Positions 43,626 to 57,255 of a stretch of 64,000 nucleotides of DNA are shown piece by piece (position 1 is the first letter of the stretch; each line of letters begins with the position of its first letter). The notes beneath the pieces were generated by a model, which ran no database searches, was not told where the DNA came from, and saw nothing but the letters and a program-made list of their open reading frames with translations. The translations under genes were made by a program, and so were the position numbers. The DNA is from Octopus vulgaris (Eukaryota): assembly GCA_951406725.2 (NCBI GenBank), contig OX597821.1, positions 104,594,001 to 104,658,000 of the forward strand, in the 5' to 3' direction.

Positions 43626-43942
43626 GCGGCGAGCTGGTAGAAACGTTAGATAAGGCGGCGAGCTGGTAGAAACGTTAGATAAGGCGGCGAGCTGGTAGAA
43701 ACGTTAGATAAGGCGGCGAGCTGGTAGAAACGTTAGCACGCCGGGCGAAATTCGTAGCCGTATTTCGTCTGTCGTTACGTTCCGAGTTCAAATTCCGCCG
43801 AGGTCGACTTTGCCTTTCATCCTTTCGGGGTCGATAAATTAAGTACCAGTTACGCACTGGGGTCGATGTTGTCGACTTAATCTCTTTGTCTGTCCTTGTT
43901 TGTCCCCTCTGTGTTTAGCCCCTTGTGGGTAGTAAAGATATA
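43626..43942 (+). mobile_element. Meta-type SINE with 29-bp head reiterated four times and 15-bp TSD
   Basis: GCGGCGAGCTGGTAGAAACGTTAG starts at 43626, 43655, 43684 and 43713. TSD TATATTTTAACATGA at 43611-43625 and 43943-43957. Confidence 0.92.
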
Positions 43943-44639
43943 TATATTTTAACATGAACGTAATTAGTCAGATACGCACACTGAAAAGAGAGGTATCATT
44001 AGCAGATAGTGTGTCATGAAACGTGAGTTTGGATAATTTGCAGGGTCAATTTTCGGTTAATTGAGTAGGGATTGCAATGAAAACTTCATTTTACTGACAG
44101 TTATATTATTAATTACACTTGTAACAATTATGGATATAAATCATAATAAGTCATCATAGCCTTATAGGAGGATTTTATATGAATTTGTATGAATTAAGTC
44201 TCCATATAGTAATTGACAATGTGTTAATTCAGAATGGGAATGGTAATATTAATATTTAATTTATGGAATATTCCTCTTTGCCAATTACACTTATGTAACT
44301 GGAATTTGAAATCACCCTACGAAACACCACTGGTCATTGGTTTATAGAATGCAGTGGGAACATAAAGACAATGTGAAGGTCCACAATCTAATAAGTTTTT
44401 TGTGTTACACTGGGGAAGAACCCTAAAGCAACATATAAAATGTTCCAGGCAGTTTATCGATTAACTTGTATGAGCCACGTCTCTATATATTACGCCTTTC
44501 TATAGATGTTTCGCATTCACAGATAATAAAGTCTTGAAATTTGGCATTATCGATTGCATTAAGCGAGTGAGAGCAACATGGATTATATAGATCACGATAA
44601 CAACTGAAGTTAATACTATAGACGGTACATGAATTAGAG

Positions 44640-45340
44640 TATCATCAGAGATATTTCAGCTTACCTTTAAACGTATTCGTAGGAGATGTTAAGCCACTCT
44701 CGGCGGTGTTGGGATCATTCAAAGGCTATATGATAGGATCTTTTAGATGAAAGGAAAATGAATGTCACACATATACACTTTTTGTTAATGAGCTGAGGCT
44801 GTACTCATTTATATGAACGGTGCAAGGAGACAGTTACATTGTGCTCACGGCAAACTGCAACGCCCTTAGTTCGGTTTGGTAAGCGTTCACAGTTGGTCGT
44901 GAAGCAATGAAACTTTGTTGACCAAACATGCAATTTGGATTCGGTGGATATGGTCCTTATCACCATATATGCAGGTAACCTCCGAAAGCATTACATATTT
45001 TAGTCAAGTGTATCAAGCTAAAGTAGCAAACGAATACTTTAGAAGGTTTCGGAAGGTATGGGTAGGAGGATGAGACTCATGTATATTCAGTTAAACCATG
45101 TCACACAAAGCTTTTGTAGTGCTGACGGTAGGACCATTATTTAGTATACTTGACTGGACACTGGTACAAATGCGCAACATGAAAATTTGGGACAAAGCAT
45201 GACCACTGGAATATGCCATACCGATAATGGCACAGACAGAATAAGTGTTAAAAGGTATGGAGGTAGAGGCCTAAGATCAGCTCATATAGAGCATATCTAT
45301 CGAACAGAGAAATGAGAACATAACATGTATACATAATTGT
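44640..45340 (+). mobile_element. Very degraded R4/Dong-like RT remnant
   Basis: DRISVKRYGGRGLRS near 45235-45280 resembles the DRLY..R..GGRGL motif; the remainder is heavily mutated. Confidence 0.4.
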
Positions 45341-45734
45341 GAATGTAATATTTCCTTTTAATTATAAGTTACCAAAGCTGAAATTTTGGGCAAGAGAATA
45401 TTTGATTTGATCGACCTCACTGCTGTAATGGTTTGAATTTGTCATCGATCCTTACCAAGGATGGTAAGCAAAGTGACCTCGGATGTTTTAGAACTGAGAA
45501 TGTAAATACAGACGAAATACCGCAAAAGAATTTTGGCAGACGTGCTAAGAAATCTAGCAGCTACTTGCCTCATTGGATATAATGATAGCATGAATTATGT
45601 GGAAATTTGTCCGGAACGAGTACTCTAAAACTTCAGCTGTTCTATATGAAGGAAGAGAGGCTAGGCTGACTCAGATGAATGAACACTTGCAGCTTAAATC
45701 CCCATCATACAGGTGAAAGGTTCCATAAGGGTAT

Positions 45735-45950
45735 ATGAGAGATTGCTGAAAGGTTCCTGGCATTGGGTAAAAGTAAATATAGGGCGATCAGTTAAGGTTT
45801 TATTCAGTATATTCCCTTCTCAGATTCACGCACTTATCGCAGCGGTCCTTAAGTTTTTCTACGCTTTGTAAAAAAAACTTGGAAAGTTGGACATCGAGCC
45901 AGGCCTTACGCAATACTCTTAAATTCGGGAAATTTTCAGTACCTCCTCGC
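45735..45950. mobile_element. mariner-like MITE
   Basis: Decayed TIRs: GAGAGATTGCTGAAAGGTTCCTGG and TCGGGAAATTTTCAGTACCTCCTCG. Confidence 0.5.
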
Positions 45951-46743
45951 ATATATCAAAGAATCTAGCGAATACAGACATCATTAACAGGTACATATGT
46001 TAACTTTGGACTTGTAATAAAAACATCACATGTCATTTGCAGGATTAAGAGTTGCTATCCCGAACCATGAAATAATTACTAAATAAACGTTTTGGAGATA
46101 ATCAGTATGGTTTGAAAATTAAAATGAATTTTAGTTTAAGAATTATTACAATTTACAGACCTTTGGCAATATTTAAGAATAAATTTGGAGATCTATCTAG
46201 AAGAACGAAAGACTTAGACTTCCCCTCCTTACTAATATGGAATAAATAGGAAAGTGCCAGAGTTTATCAACAGATGTCCCAATGAGGAGAGCTGTATGTG
46301 ATCATTTGTTATGATATGTATAGTAACCAAAACTTGGAAAATCACACCCTACGGCCATAAAAAAAAGAAAGAACATACTTGAATTATGTAATAAGACAAT
46401 AAAGAAAGGAATCTTCAAGACCTCCACGGTGTAATATCGATGCTCTTATAGTAGCATAGAAGCTATAACCAATACTATACAAATATCCAACAGAGAATAC
46501 CTTCCAAATACCTAGACTCACGAAATACCTTGTGATATAAGCAGAGAGGATCGTTCGACGGCCGAAGCATGCAGTCACATACACATAGCGGGTGTGTGTT
46601 CGTACGTGTGTACATATATAAGTGCATGTATGTACGTGTGAATATTCAGGAGCATCTGTATGTCAGCATCTGTATGTCATATATATATACATATATATAT
46701 ATACATATATATATATGAGTGTGTGTGTGTGCGTATATATATG

Positions 46744-47530
46744 CTCTTTACTCTTTTATTCGTCTCAGCCATGCGGCTATGGTCATGCTGGAGCACCACC
46801 ATGACTTCCTCAATCTGGGTGTTTCACATCACCACTCCTGTATTTTCCTTTTACCCAGCTGTTGTACATTTATTGTATAGTTGAGTTTGATTCCGCAGCC
46901 CTCGTTTGTACCTCATATCGAGATATTGGTTCATCCGGCATTGTCGTTAGGAGGATGTCTAATTCATTTCTGAAGACATCTAATTCCACCTTATGCAAAT
47001 TTCTAAATATTTGTGACAGTGAATTGAAGAGCTGTCGGCCTTTGAACCCAAGTCCATTGCAATACTTAGTCCTGAATTTAAATGGCTTGGACGGTACCTT
47101 TTGTACAATGCAATGGTGACCATCTCTAGCATTTGTATAACACTCAATACAAATATTAGGTACTAGCCTTTCTAGGATTGTCCATATGTATATTATTGCG
47201 TATCTGTCTCGCCTTCGGTCCTATAGCTAATCCACTGCACAGTTTCAATATTATTGTTGTAGTGGCGTTGGACTGATTCAAGCTCCACTGTTACTTTGGC
47301 ACTATGTGGAGACCAAAACTGGGAAGTGTAGTCCAAGCGGACGAGAATAACGGTTCTCCACAGGGTCAACTTACTTTCTTGGCCTCTTGTCTTGAAGGAC
47401 ATGAGTATCCATCCTGCAGTTGTCTGCATTTAGATGCCATCTTGCTAATGTGCATATGAAATAATGCGTCATGCCACATGCTGATCCCCAATGTCTTCAC
47501 TGCTTGTGACTCTGGGATTGTAGTGCTTTC
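46744..47530 (-). mobile_element. CR1-group LINE 3' fragment with structured tail, joined to a tailless CORE-type SINE body (47535-47620)
   Basis: GWILMSFKTR..LTLWRTVILVRLDYTSQFWSP..LESVQR (LINE ORF2 C-terminal region). Tail GGTGGTGCTCCAGCATGACCATAGCCGCATGGCTGAG at 46744-46800. Confidence 0.8.
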
Positions 47531-48284
47531 GTAAGACTAGTATTCATTCTATCAGTCTCTCTTTTTGAGCCGTTACATTACAGGGGTGTAAACACATTAG
47601 TATTTATTGTGAAGCGATGGTGGGAGGCCGAACACATATATACATACATACATGTATGTATGAATATAAGTTTATAACTTTCTGTAGGTACATATATTTA
47701 TACTTCTTTACGCATCCTGTACAAGTACACACATTCATATATATACACGCACAGGTTCACACACATATATACATATATATACATTATATGGAGTATACCC
47801 ATGCATGGAGACCGGACTACATCCACGCAGAATGCGTCGCCTCAGACCGTGAAGGAATGTAACTAAACTGAGTTTGGCAAATTTGTTTGGCGCTCAGCAG
47901 TATTATAAAATGAAAAAGAAAGAAAAATGTTCGACTGTGTATGAAATATGCATGCTTGATGTTAAGGGAGGCAACTCCTATCAGCGTCATATAGTCGATT
48001 GTGCAACCAAAGGAAAATGATTTCCCACGGCTTTATCGATCGCATTCTCACCTGGAATCGATTTTTGTAATCTTTCCAGAACTTATACACGCTCTGATCT
48101 GGTCGGTATCTATATCTCAAATTTGAGCGCAAACGGATGAAGGATACCCGACATCCGAGACGATACACACACACAAACACACACAGATTGGATTTTATAT
48201 AAGAGATAATAATAAATAATATATAATATATATATGTTTATACCTATACCTACACAGACACATATACATATACATATATATAGT

Positions 48285-48480
48285 TAATCCAAACAAGAAA
48301 ACACAAAAAACACAACAACGCGAGGACGTGGAAGAAATATAGTATTATTGGACGCTCAGGAAAGATGGGAAGAAGGAGGGTTTAACGTTTCGAGCGGAGC
48401 TCTTCGTCGGAAACATAAGAGAAGGAAAGATCCAGAGAAGGGAAGACAAAGGAAAAAAATCGCCAACGGTACACACGAGG

Positions 48481-48483
<3 letters not shown>
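48285..48483 (-). mobile_element. Penelope-type terminal fragment with hammerhead motif (48380-48414)
   Basis: Minus: GTTT CCGACGA A GAGC-TCC-GCTC GAAA CG TT AAAC, with palindromic stem III AACGTT. Flanked by TA tracts. Confidence 0.7.
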
Positions 48484-48515
<32 letters not shown>

Positions 48516-48737
48516 CATATATATATATAAACATATATATATATATATATATATATACAGATAAGAAAGTTTGTTTGGTAAAGCACGTGGGTGAATATAT
48601 AAGAAAATAGTAAAGTGTGAAAAAACGACAGAAGGCTTAAATGTTAAAAAATATATATATTTGTGTCAAAATGTCTGGAGAATATTGGAAAAAATTTTTT
48701 TTCCTTTCCTTAAAATGACATAATTTAAAAATTTTTA

Positions 48738-48777
48738 AAGAAATTACCGGTTTCGCGTGTAGCTTTTCAAATTTCTT
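48738..48777 (-). ncRNA. Type I minimal hammerhead ribozyme, U3-A8 core variant
   Basis: Inverted identical copy of 53725-53764. Confidence 0.8.
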
Positions 48778-48917
48778 GTGACGTTATGTTTATATTGCAT
48801 GGAATTATCGTTGTTTTTATTTCCAGGAGATTTCTAAATAAGGGGAGGTAGTGAGTGATTTTTTCCGGTGTAGGGGAGATAATCGCTTAAAAATTTTTTT
48901 TTTTTCCCATTTCCTTG

Positions 48918-51356
48918 TTAATTTCTCTGTGTCAGTATGTTCGGATGGTTGAGTCTGGGTTTGTACTTTTCAATGAAGAATGTTTCCTTGTTCAGTCTCA
49001 TTTGTGTTGATGATCCGAAAGCACATTGGTAAAATGGGAAGATTAAAAATTGTGGCAGTAGTTGCTTTGCGCATTTCTCAATGTGCTCACTAAAAGGTAT
49101 CATTCTATATTCTGGGAATGCAATCTGTTGTCGATGCAGTGTGCATCTGCGCCTGAGTGATAGTCCCGTGGAACCCACGTAGTCTTGGTGGCAGCCCGAG
49201 CATTTAATAACATAAATTATGTTTTCAGAGGCACAAGTAAAGTTAGATTTGATCTTAAATTTCTGTCCCTCTTTAAAGAAGAATTCTGATCCTTCCAATA
49301 GGTTAGGACATGTTGCACAGTTCGATCTACCACATTTTTTTAACTTTTGCATCCGTAATTTTAGAAAACAATTTTGCCTTTGTGAGAATCTTTTTAAGTG
49401 ATTTAGGCTGTTTGTAGCTTTTAATGATTTGGTGTATGTTTAGAATTTCCTTTAATTTTGGGTTTTTATGAAGTATTGGTAAATTCTGGGTGATGATGGT
49501 GAAGGCTTCTTTGTTTCTGGGGTTGTATGTAGATATGTAAGGTAGTATTTTCGGGGAAGGTGTGTTGTTGTGTTGAACTTTTCTTAAAGTTTCTATGTTG
49601 ATTTCTGTTGCACGTCTGATCCCATCCTCTATGAGTTGAGCTGGGTAATGTCTGTCAATTAGGGTGTTTTTGAGTTCTTGCAGTCTAAAGTTCCTGGTAT
49701 TTTGTTCTGACACTATTGTGCATATCCTTCTTGCAAGGTTGAAGGGGATGTTTGTTTTAGTGTGTCTTGGGTGGCATGAATTAAAAAGAAGGTATTGTTT
49801 GGCGTCTGTGGCTTTGTAAAAAATGTCTGTTTCTATTTTAAGGTTAATTTTTTTAATTAGTATATCCAAGAACGGGAGCTCCTTTTGGTTGTATTCCATT
49901 GTGAACTGTATATTTGGGTTTATGCTGTTCAATAGGTTTTTAAATTTTAGGAGTTTATCTATGTTTTCATTCCAGAGAATGAAACAATCGTCTAGGAATC
50001 GTTTCCAATTCTCTTTTATGTATTGAGAGAGGGAGTTTCCAAAGATTGATGGAGATTCCTGGTAAATGATTATTTCCATGTATCCCATTGTTAAGTTCGC
50101 AATGACTGGTGCTGCCCTTGTACCCATAGCAATTCCGGATTTTTGACGGTAAAATGTATTGTCAAACATGAAGTGGTTATTGTGTAGGATGAATTCAATT
50201 GATTTAGTAATGAATTCCTTACTGATCCTTTTTGGTATTTCTTCCGGAAATTGGTCTAACCAGAATTGTATTGCCTCCAGTCCATAATTATGAGGTATAC
50301 TGGTATACAAGTTGACTACATCAAATGAAACCAGGATTGTTTCTTCCTTGGTTTTTTTTTTGGAAGGTGGTTTAACATATCTAAGTCATCTCTGATATGG
50401 CTATCGATATGTTTAAGGAAGGGTTTCAAGAGGATGTCCATAAGTAGACTTAGTCTGTGTGTTTCACAGGTTGGGCCAGCTACAATGGGTCGTAGTTTTA
50501 GGTCCCCCGGATTAGGTGTGTGTATGTATGTCTTTGGTGATTTTTTAATGGTTTCATTTATAATTTGACTTTTATGAATTTTTGGCAGACCATAGAAAAG
50601 GCTAGGTTTGCATTTAAAGTTTGTTAGGAAATCAATCTCTTTGGTTGTCAGTTCCTTTTCATGGGTTTTAATTAGTGAAGATAGAGTTTTCATTATTTTT
50701 TGTGGGGTGTAGTTGGTAATTTTTTCATAATGTAGGTCTTCAAGCAAGGAAATTACAAGATTTCTGTAGTATGATGTATCCATTATTACAACTGCATTTC
50801 CCTTGTCCGCTTCCTTAATGGTTATATCTTCATCATTTTGGAGTTCTATCAGTTCTTTCCATTGTGTATTGTTAAAATTTGGGTTAGCTTTCTGTTTATG
50901 TATAGTATGGTAGGGGAAGTTCTCAATGTGGTTACAGAATTCGTCAAGATCTTTATTTCTTCCTCTGTGTGGGATGTGTTCACTTTTGTTCTTGACAAGT
51001 GATTCATCTTCAGTATTGAAACTGTTTGATGCTTCTGCTAGTCTTAATTTTCTGCAAAATTCTGTTATATTATCCTTGAGTTCATTTAGGTTTGCTCTGC
51101 GTGGAGTTGGTGTAAATTTGAGCCCTTTTGCGAGGATGTCAATTTTTATGTTAGAAAGAGGTTTGGTTGAAAGATTGATTATCTTCGGTTTTTCCTTATT
51201 ACTAGGTTCCAGCCTGTGTCCTGGTGTCCCTGGTCCCTGGCTAAAAATGTTGGGTGTAATTTTGTTTGTATGAGTTGTCTGTGAGGTTGTGTGGTATTTG
51301 GTCGGGGGAGTGGTGGTATTGTTGCCTCCGATCGTTGTGTGTATGAATCTATGTTG
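48918..51356 (-). pseudogene. Penelope RT/GIY-YIG polyprotein, left copy (frameshifts near 50350 and 49335, both in homopolymers)
   Basis: Frame is open from 51356 through ORF 50316-50783, then continues in ORFs 49327-50310 and 48918-49352. Confidence 0.9.
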
Positions 51357-51427
51357 TTAATGCTTGTGGTGTGTGTAAAATTTCTGTATGGGGAATATTT
51401 TTGTTTCGAACTTCTTGTATAATATAG

Positions 51428-53583
51428 GATAATATAACAGAATTTTGCAGAAAATTAAGACTAGCAGAAGCATCAAACAGTTTCAATACTGAAGATGAAT
51501 CACTTGTCAAGAACAAAAGTGAACACATCCCACACAGAGGAAGAAATAAAGATCTTGACGAATTCTGTAACCACATTGAGAACTTCCCCTACCATACTAT
51601 ACATAAACAGAAAGCTAACCCAAATTTTAACAATACACAATGGAAAGAACTGATAGAACTCCAAAATGATGAAGATATAACCATTAAGGAAGCGGACAAG
51701 GGAAATGCAGTTGTAATAATGGATACATCATACTACAGAAATCTTGTAATTTCCTTGCTTGATGAAGACCTACATTATGAAAAAATTACCAACTACACCC
51801 CACAAAAAATAATGAAAACTCTATCTTCACTAATTAAAACCCATGAAAAGGAACTGACAACCAAAGAGATTGATTTCCTAACAAACTTTAAATGCAAACC
51901 TAGCCTTTTCTATGGTCTGCCAAAAATTCATAAAAGTCAAATTATAAATGAAACCATTAAAAATCACCAAAGACATACATACACACACCTAATCCGGGGG
52001 ACCTAAAACTACGACCCATTGTAGCTGGCCCAACCTGTGAAACACACAGACTAAGTCTACTTATGGACATCCTCTTGAAACCCTTCCTTAAACATATCGA
52101 TAGCCATATCAGAGATGACTTAGATATGTTAAACCACCTTCCAAAAAAAACCAAGGAAGAAACAATCCTGGTTTCATTTGATGTAGTCAACTTGTATACC
52201 AGTATACCTCATAATTATGGACTGGAGGCAATACAATTCTGGTTAGACCAATTTCCGGAAGAAATACCAAAAAGGATCAGTAAGGAATTCATTACTAAAT
52301 CAATTGAATTCATCCTACACAATAACCACTTCATGTTTGACAATACATTTTACCGTCAAAAATCCGGAATTGCTATGGGTACAAGGGCAGCACCAGTCAT
52401 TGCGAACTTAACAATGGGATACATGGAAATAATCATTTACCAGGAATCTCCATCAATCTTTGGAAACTCCCTCTCTCAATACATAAAAGAGAATTGGAAA
52501 CGATTCCTAGACGATTGTTTCATTCTCTGGAATGAAAACATAGATAAACTCCTAAAATTTAAAAACCTATTGAACAGCATAAACCCAAATATACAGTTCA
52601 CAATGGAATACAACCAAAAGGAGCTCCCGTTCTTGGATATACTAATTAAAAAAATTAACCTTAAAATAGAAACAGACATTTTTTACAAAGCCACAGACGC
52701 CAAACAATACCTTCTTTTTAATTCATGCCACCCAAGACACACTAAAACAAACATCCCCTTCAACCTTGCAAGAAGGATATGCACAATAGTGTCAGAACAA
52801 AATACCAGGAACTTTAGACTGCAAGAACTCAAAAACACCCTAATTGACAGACATTACCCAGCTCAACTCATAGAGGATGGGATCAGACGTGCAACAGAAA
52901 TCAACATAGAAACTTTAAGAAAAGTTCAACACAACAACACACCTTCCCCGAAAATACTACCTTACATATCTACATACAACCCCAGAAACAAAGAAGCCTT
53001 CACCATCATCACCCAGAATTTACCAATACTTCATAAAAACCCAAAATTAAAGGAAATTCTAAACATACACCAAATCATTAAAAGCTACAAACAGCCTAAA
53101 TCACTTAAAAAGATTCTCACAAAGGCAAAATTGTCTTCTAAAATTACGGATGCAAAAGTAAAAAAATGTGGTAGATCGAACTGTGCAACATGTCCTAACC
53201 TATTGGAAGGATCAGAATTCTTCTTTAAAGAGGGACAGAAATTTAAGATCAAATCTAACTTTACTTGTGCCTCTGAAAACATAATTTATGTTATTAAATG
53301 CTCGGGCTGCCACCAAGACTACGTGGGTTCCACGGGACTATCACTCAGGCGCAGATGCACACTGCATCGACAACAGATTGCATTCCCAGAATATAGAATG
53401 ATACCTTTTAGTGAGCACATTGAGAAATGCGCAAAGCAACTACTGCCACAATTTTTAATCTTCCCATTTTACCAATGTGCTTTCGGATCATCAACACAAA
53501 TGAGACTGAACAAGGAAACATTCTTCATTGAAAAGTACAAACCCAGACTCAACCATCCGAACATACTGACACAGAGAAATTAA
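51428..53583 (+). CDS. Penelope RT + GIY-YIG endonuclease (one homopolymer frameshift near 51960; 506-aa ORF 52063-53583 intact)
   Basis: EADKG, YGLPKIHK, LRPIV, SFDVVNLYTSIP, GIAMGTRAAP, RFLDD, LPFLD, linker CGRSNCATC, NIIYVIKCSGCHQDYVGST..R..H, RLNKE..LN. Confidence 0.95.
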
Positions 53584-53724
53584 CAAGGAAATGGGAAAAA
53601 AAAAAAAAATTTTAAGCGATTATCTCCCCTACACCGGAAAAAATCACTCACTACCTCCCCTTATTTAGAAATCTCCTGGAAATAAAAACAACGATAATTC
53701 CATGCAATATAAACATAACGTCAC

Positions 53725-53764
53725 AAGAAATTTGAAAAGCTACACGCGAAACCGGTAATTTCTT
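53725..53764 (+). ncRNA. Type I minimal hammerhead ribozyme, U3-A8 core variant, in the Penelope 3' end
   Basis: AAGAAAT TTGAAAA GC-TACAC-GC GAAA CCGG TA ATTTCTT: 7-bp stem I, 2-bp stem II, palindromic stem III ACCGGT, GUA cleavage triplet. Confidence 0.8.
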
Positions 53765-53916
53765 TAAAAATTTTTAAATTATGTCATTTTTAAGGAAAGG
53801 AAAAAAAATTTTTTCCAATATTCTCCAGACATTTTGACACAAATATATATATTTTTTAACATTTAAGCCTTCTGTCGTTTTTTCACACTTTACTATTTTC
53901 TTATATATATACATAT

Positions 53917-53983
<67 letters not shown>

Positions 53984-54836
53984 CCATAAACTCCGTGTTC
54001 AAAGTATGTTGAATATTAAGTGTATCAACAATTCTACTACGTTTGGATTGTCTGCGCAATATATTCGTTTCTGACTTTCAGCAAAACTTAGAATACATCG
54101 CAAGAACGTGTTTGTTATTTGAATGATGTTTTATAGTTTATAACAAAGCTTTTCAACCTATGAAGCCGGACATATATTAATGATAACAGAATAGTTTAGG
54201 TCTGTGAATTATTGTACCGTGTTTTGAAAGTCGACATCACTACTCGCGATATAATATGTTATCGAACGATGTTAAACTAGCATGTTTTACAGAAGTACCT
54301 TTAAATAATTATATATATTCTACTAGTAATTATTTAAATTATTTCCTGATTCCGATTATTGAAACCGAACGTGGATTATTAGGTATGCCTTTTTCATTTT
54401 TCATACGAGTATAATTGCTTAGAAAACAGCTATTTATGTCTCAGAAAACAATATGATTTATACTGCACCCAGTCTTGGTAATAGTATGTATTCATTATTT
54501 CGTTCGACTATTTTTAATCGCTCAGATATCATCATTTTCATGTATGATAACGTTACGATTGGTGGCAGTAATCTAATTAATTAATGCAATTTGATAATTC
54601 ACGGTCCTACAATATCATATCACTTATTCCTTTATACTATTTTTATTATTTCTTATGATATAGAGAACCGTATAGCATTTAGTCTTGCTGCTCTATGTTT
54701 TAAATTCATCGGAATGGATGAAATAAGTATATCTCACATTAACCCAAAACAACAACAACAGCACATACTAACATCAAAAACAACAACAACAACAACAACA
54801 ACAACAATAACAATAATAATAATAATAATAATAATG

Positions 54837-55956
<1,120 letters not shown>

Positions 55957-56116
55957 TTGTATTATAATAAGCTTATTATACGCATTACTGTTTGGGGCAC
56001 ACAGCAAGTGCTTGTGAGATTCGTAGTATTACGTCATATCGTTAGGCGGGGCTTGAGCTTTTCAAATATAGATGAATTTCACTAAAGTTAATTTTCCCTA
56101 CAGGAAAATGAAAGGG

Positions 56117-56149
<33 letters not shown>

Positions 56150-56370
56150 TGTATGTATGTATGTATGTATGTATGTATGTATGTATGTATGTATGCTTGT
56201 ATGTATATATGTATGTATGTAGCCATGCATGTATGTATGTATGCATGTATGTATGTGTATATATATATGTATGTACATAGATAGACAGGTAGACAGATAG
56301 ATAGAGAGATAAACAGATAGTTAGAAAGATAGATAGATATGTATGTAGGTGTATGCATACATGTACATAT

Positions 56371-56429
<59 letters not shown>

Positions 56430-56430
56430 C

Positions 56431-57120
<690 letters not shown>

Positions 57121-57125
57121 TCACA

Positions 57126-57219
<94 letters not shown>

Positions 57220-57224
57220 AATAC

Positions 57225-57255
<31 letters not shown>

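Larger units (their letters stand above)
48558..51425 (-). mobile_element. Penelope-like retroelement (Neptune-like), left copy, 5'-truncated
   Basis: Contains IINLS..KGLKFTPTP, DKG, RT and GIY-YIG regions and a 3' non-coding end with hammerhead; abuts (TA)n. Confidence 0.95.
51426..53908 (+). mobile_element. Penelope-like retroelement, right (inverted) copy
   Basis: Reverse complement of 48595-51076 with only a few differences; ends in (TA)n. Confidence 0.95.

Noticed and set aside
43626-43740. 29-bp direct repeats resembling a CRISPR array
   Set aside because: No unique spacers and no cas genes; the unit is the SINE 5' head.
50926-51576. ORFs 50926-51273 (+) and 51349-51576 (-), and the 65-67 aa antisense ORFs inside the Penelope arms
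   Set aside because: Antisense shadows of the pol frame, duplicated by the inversion.
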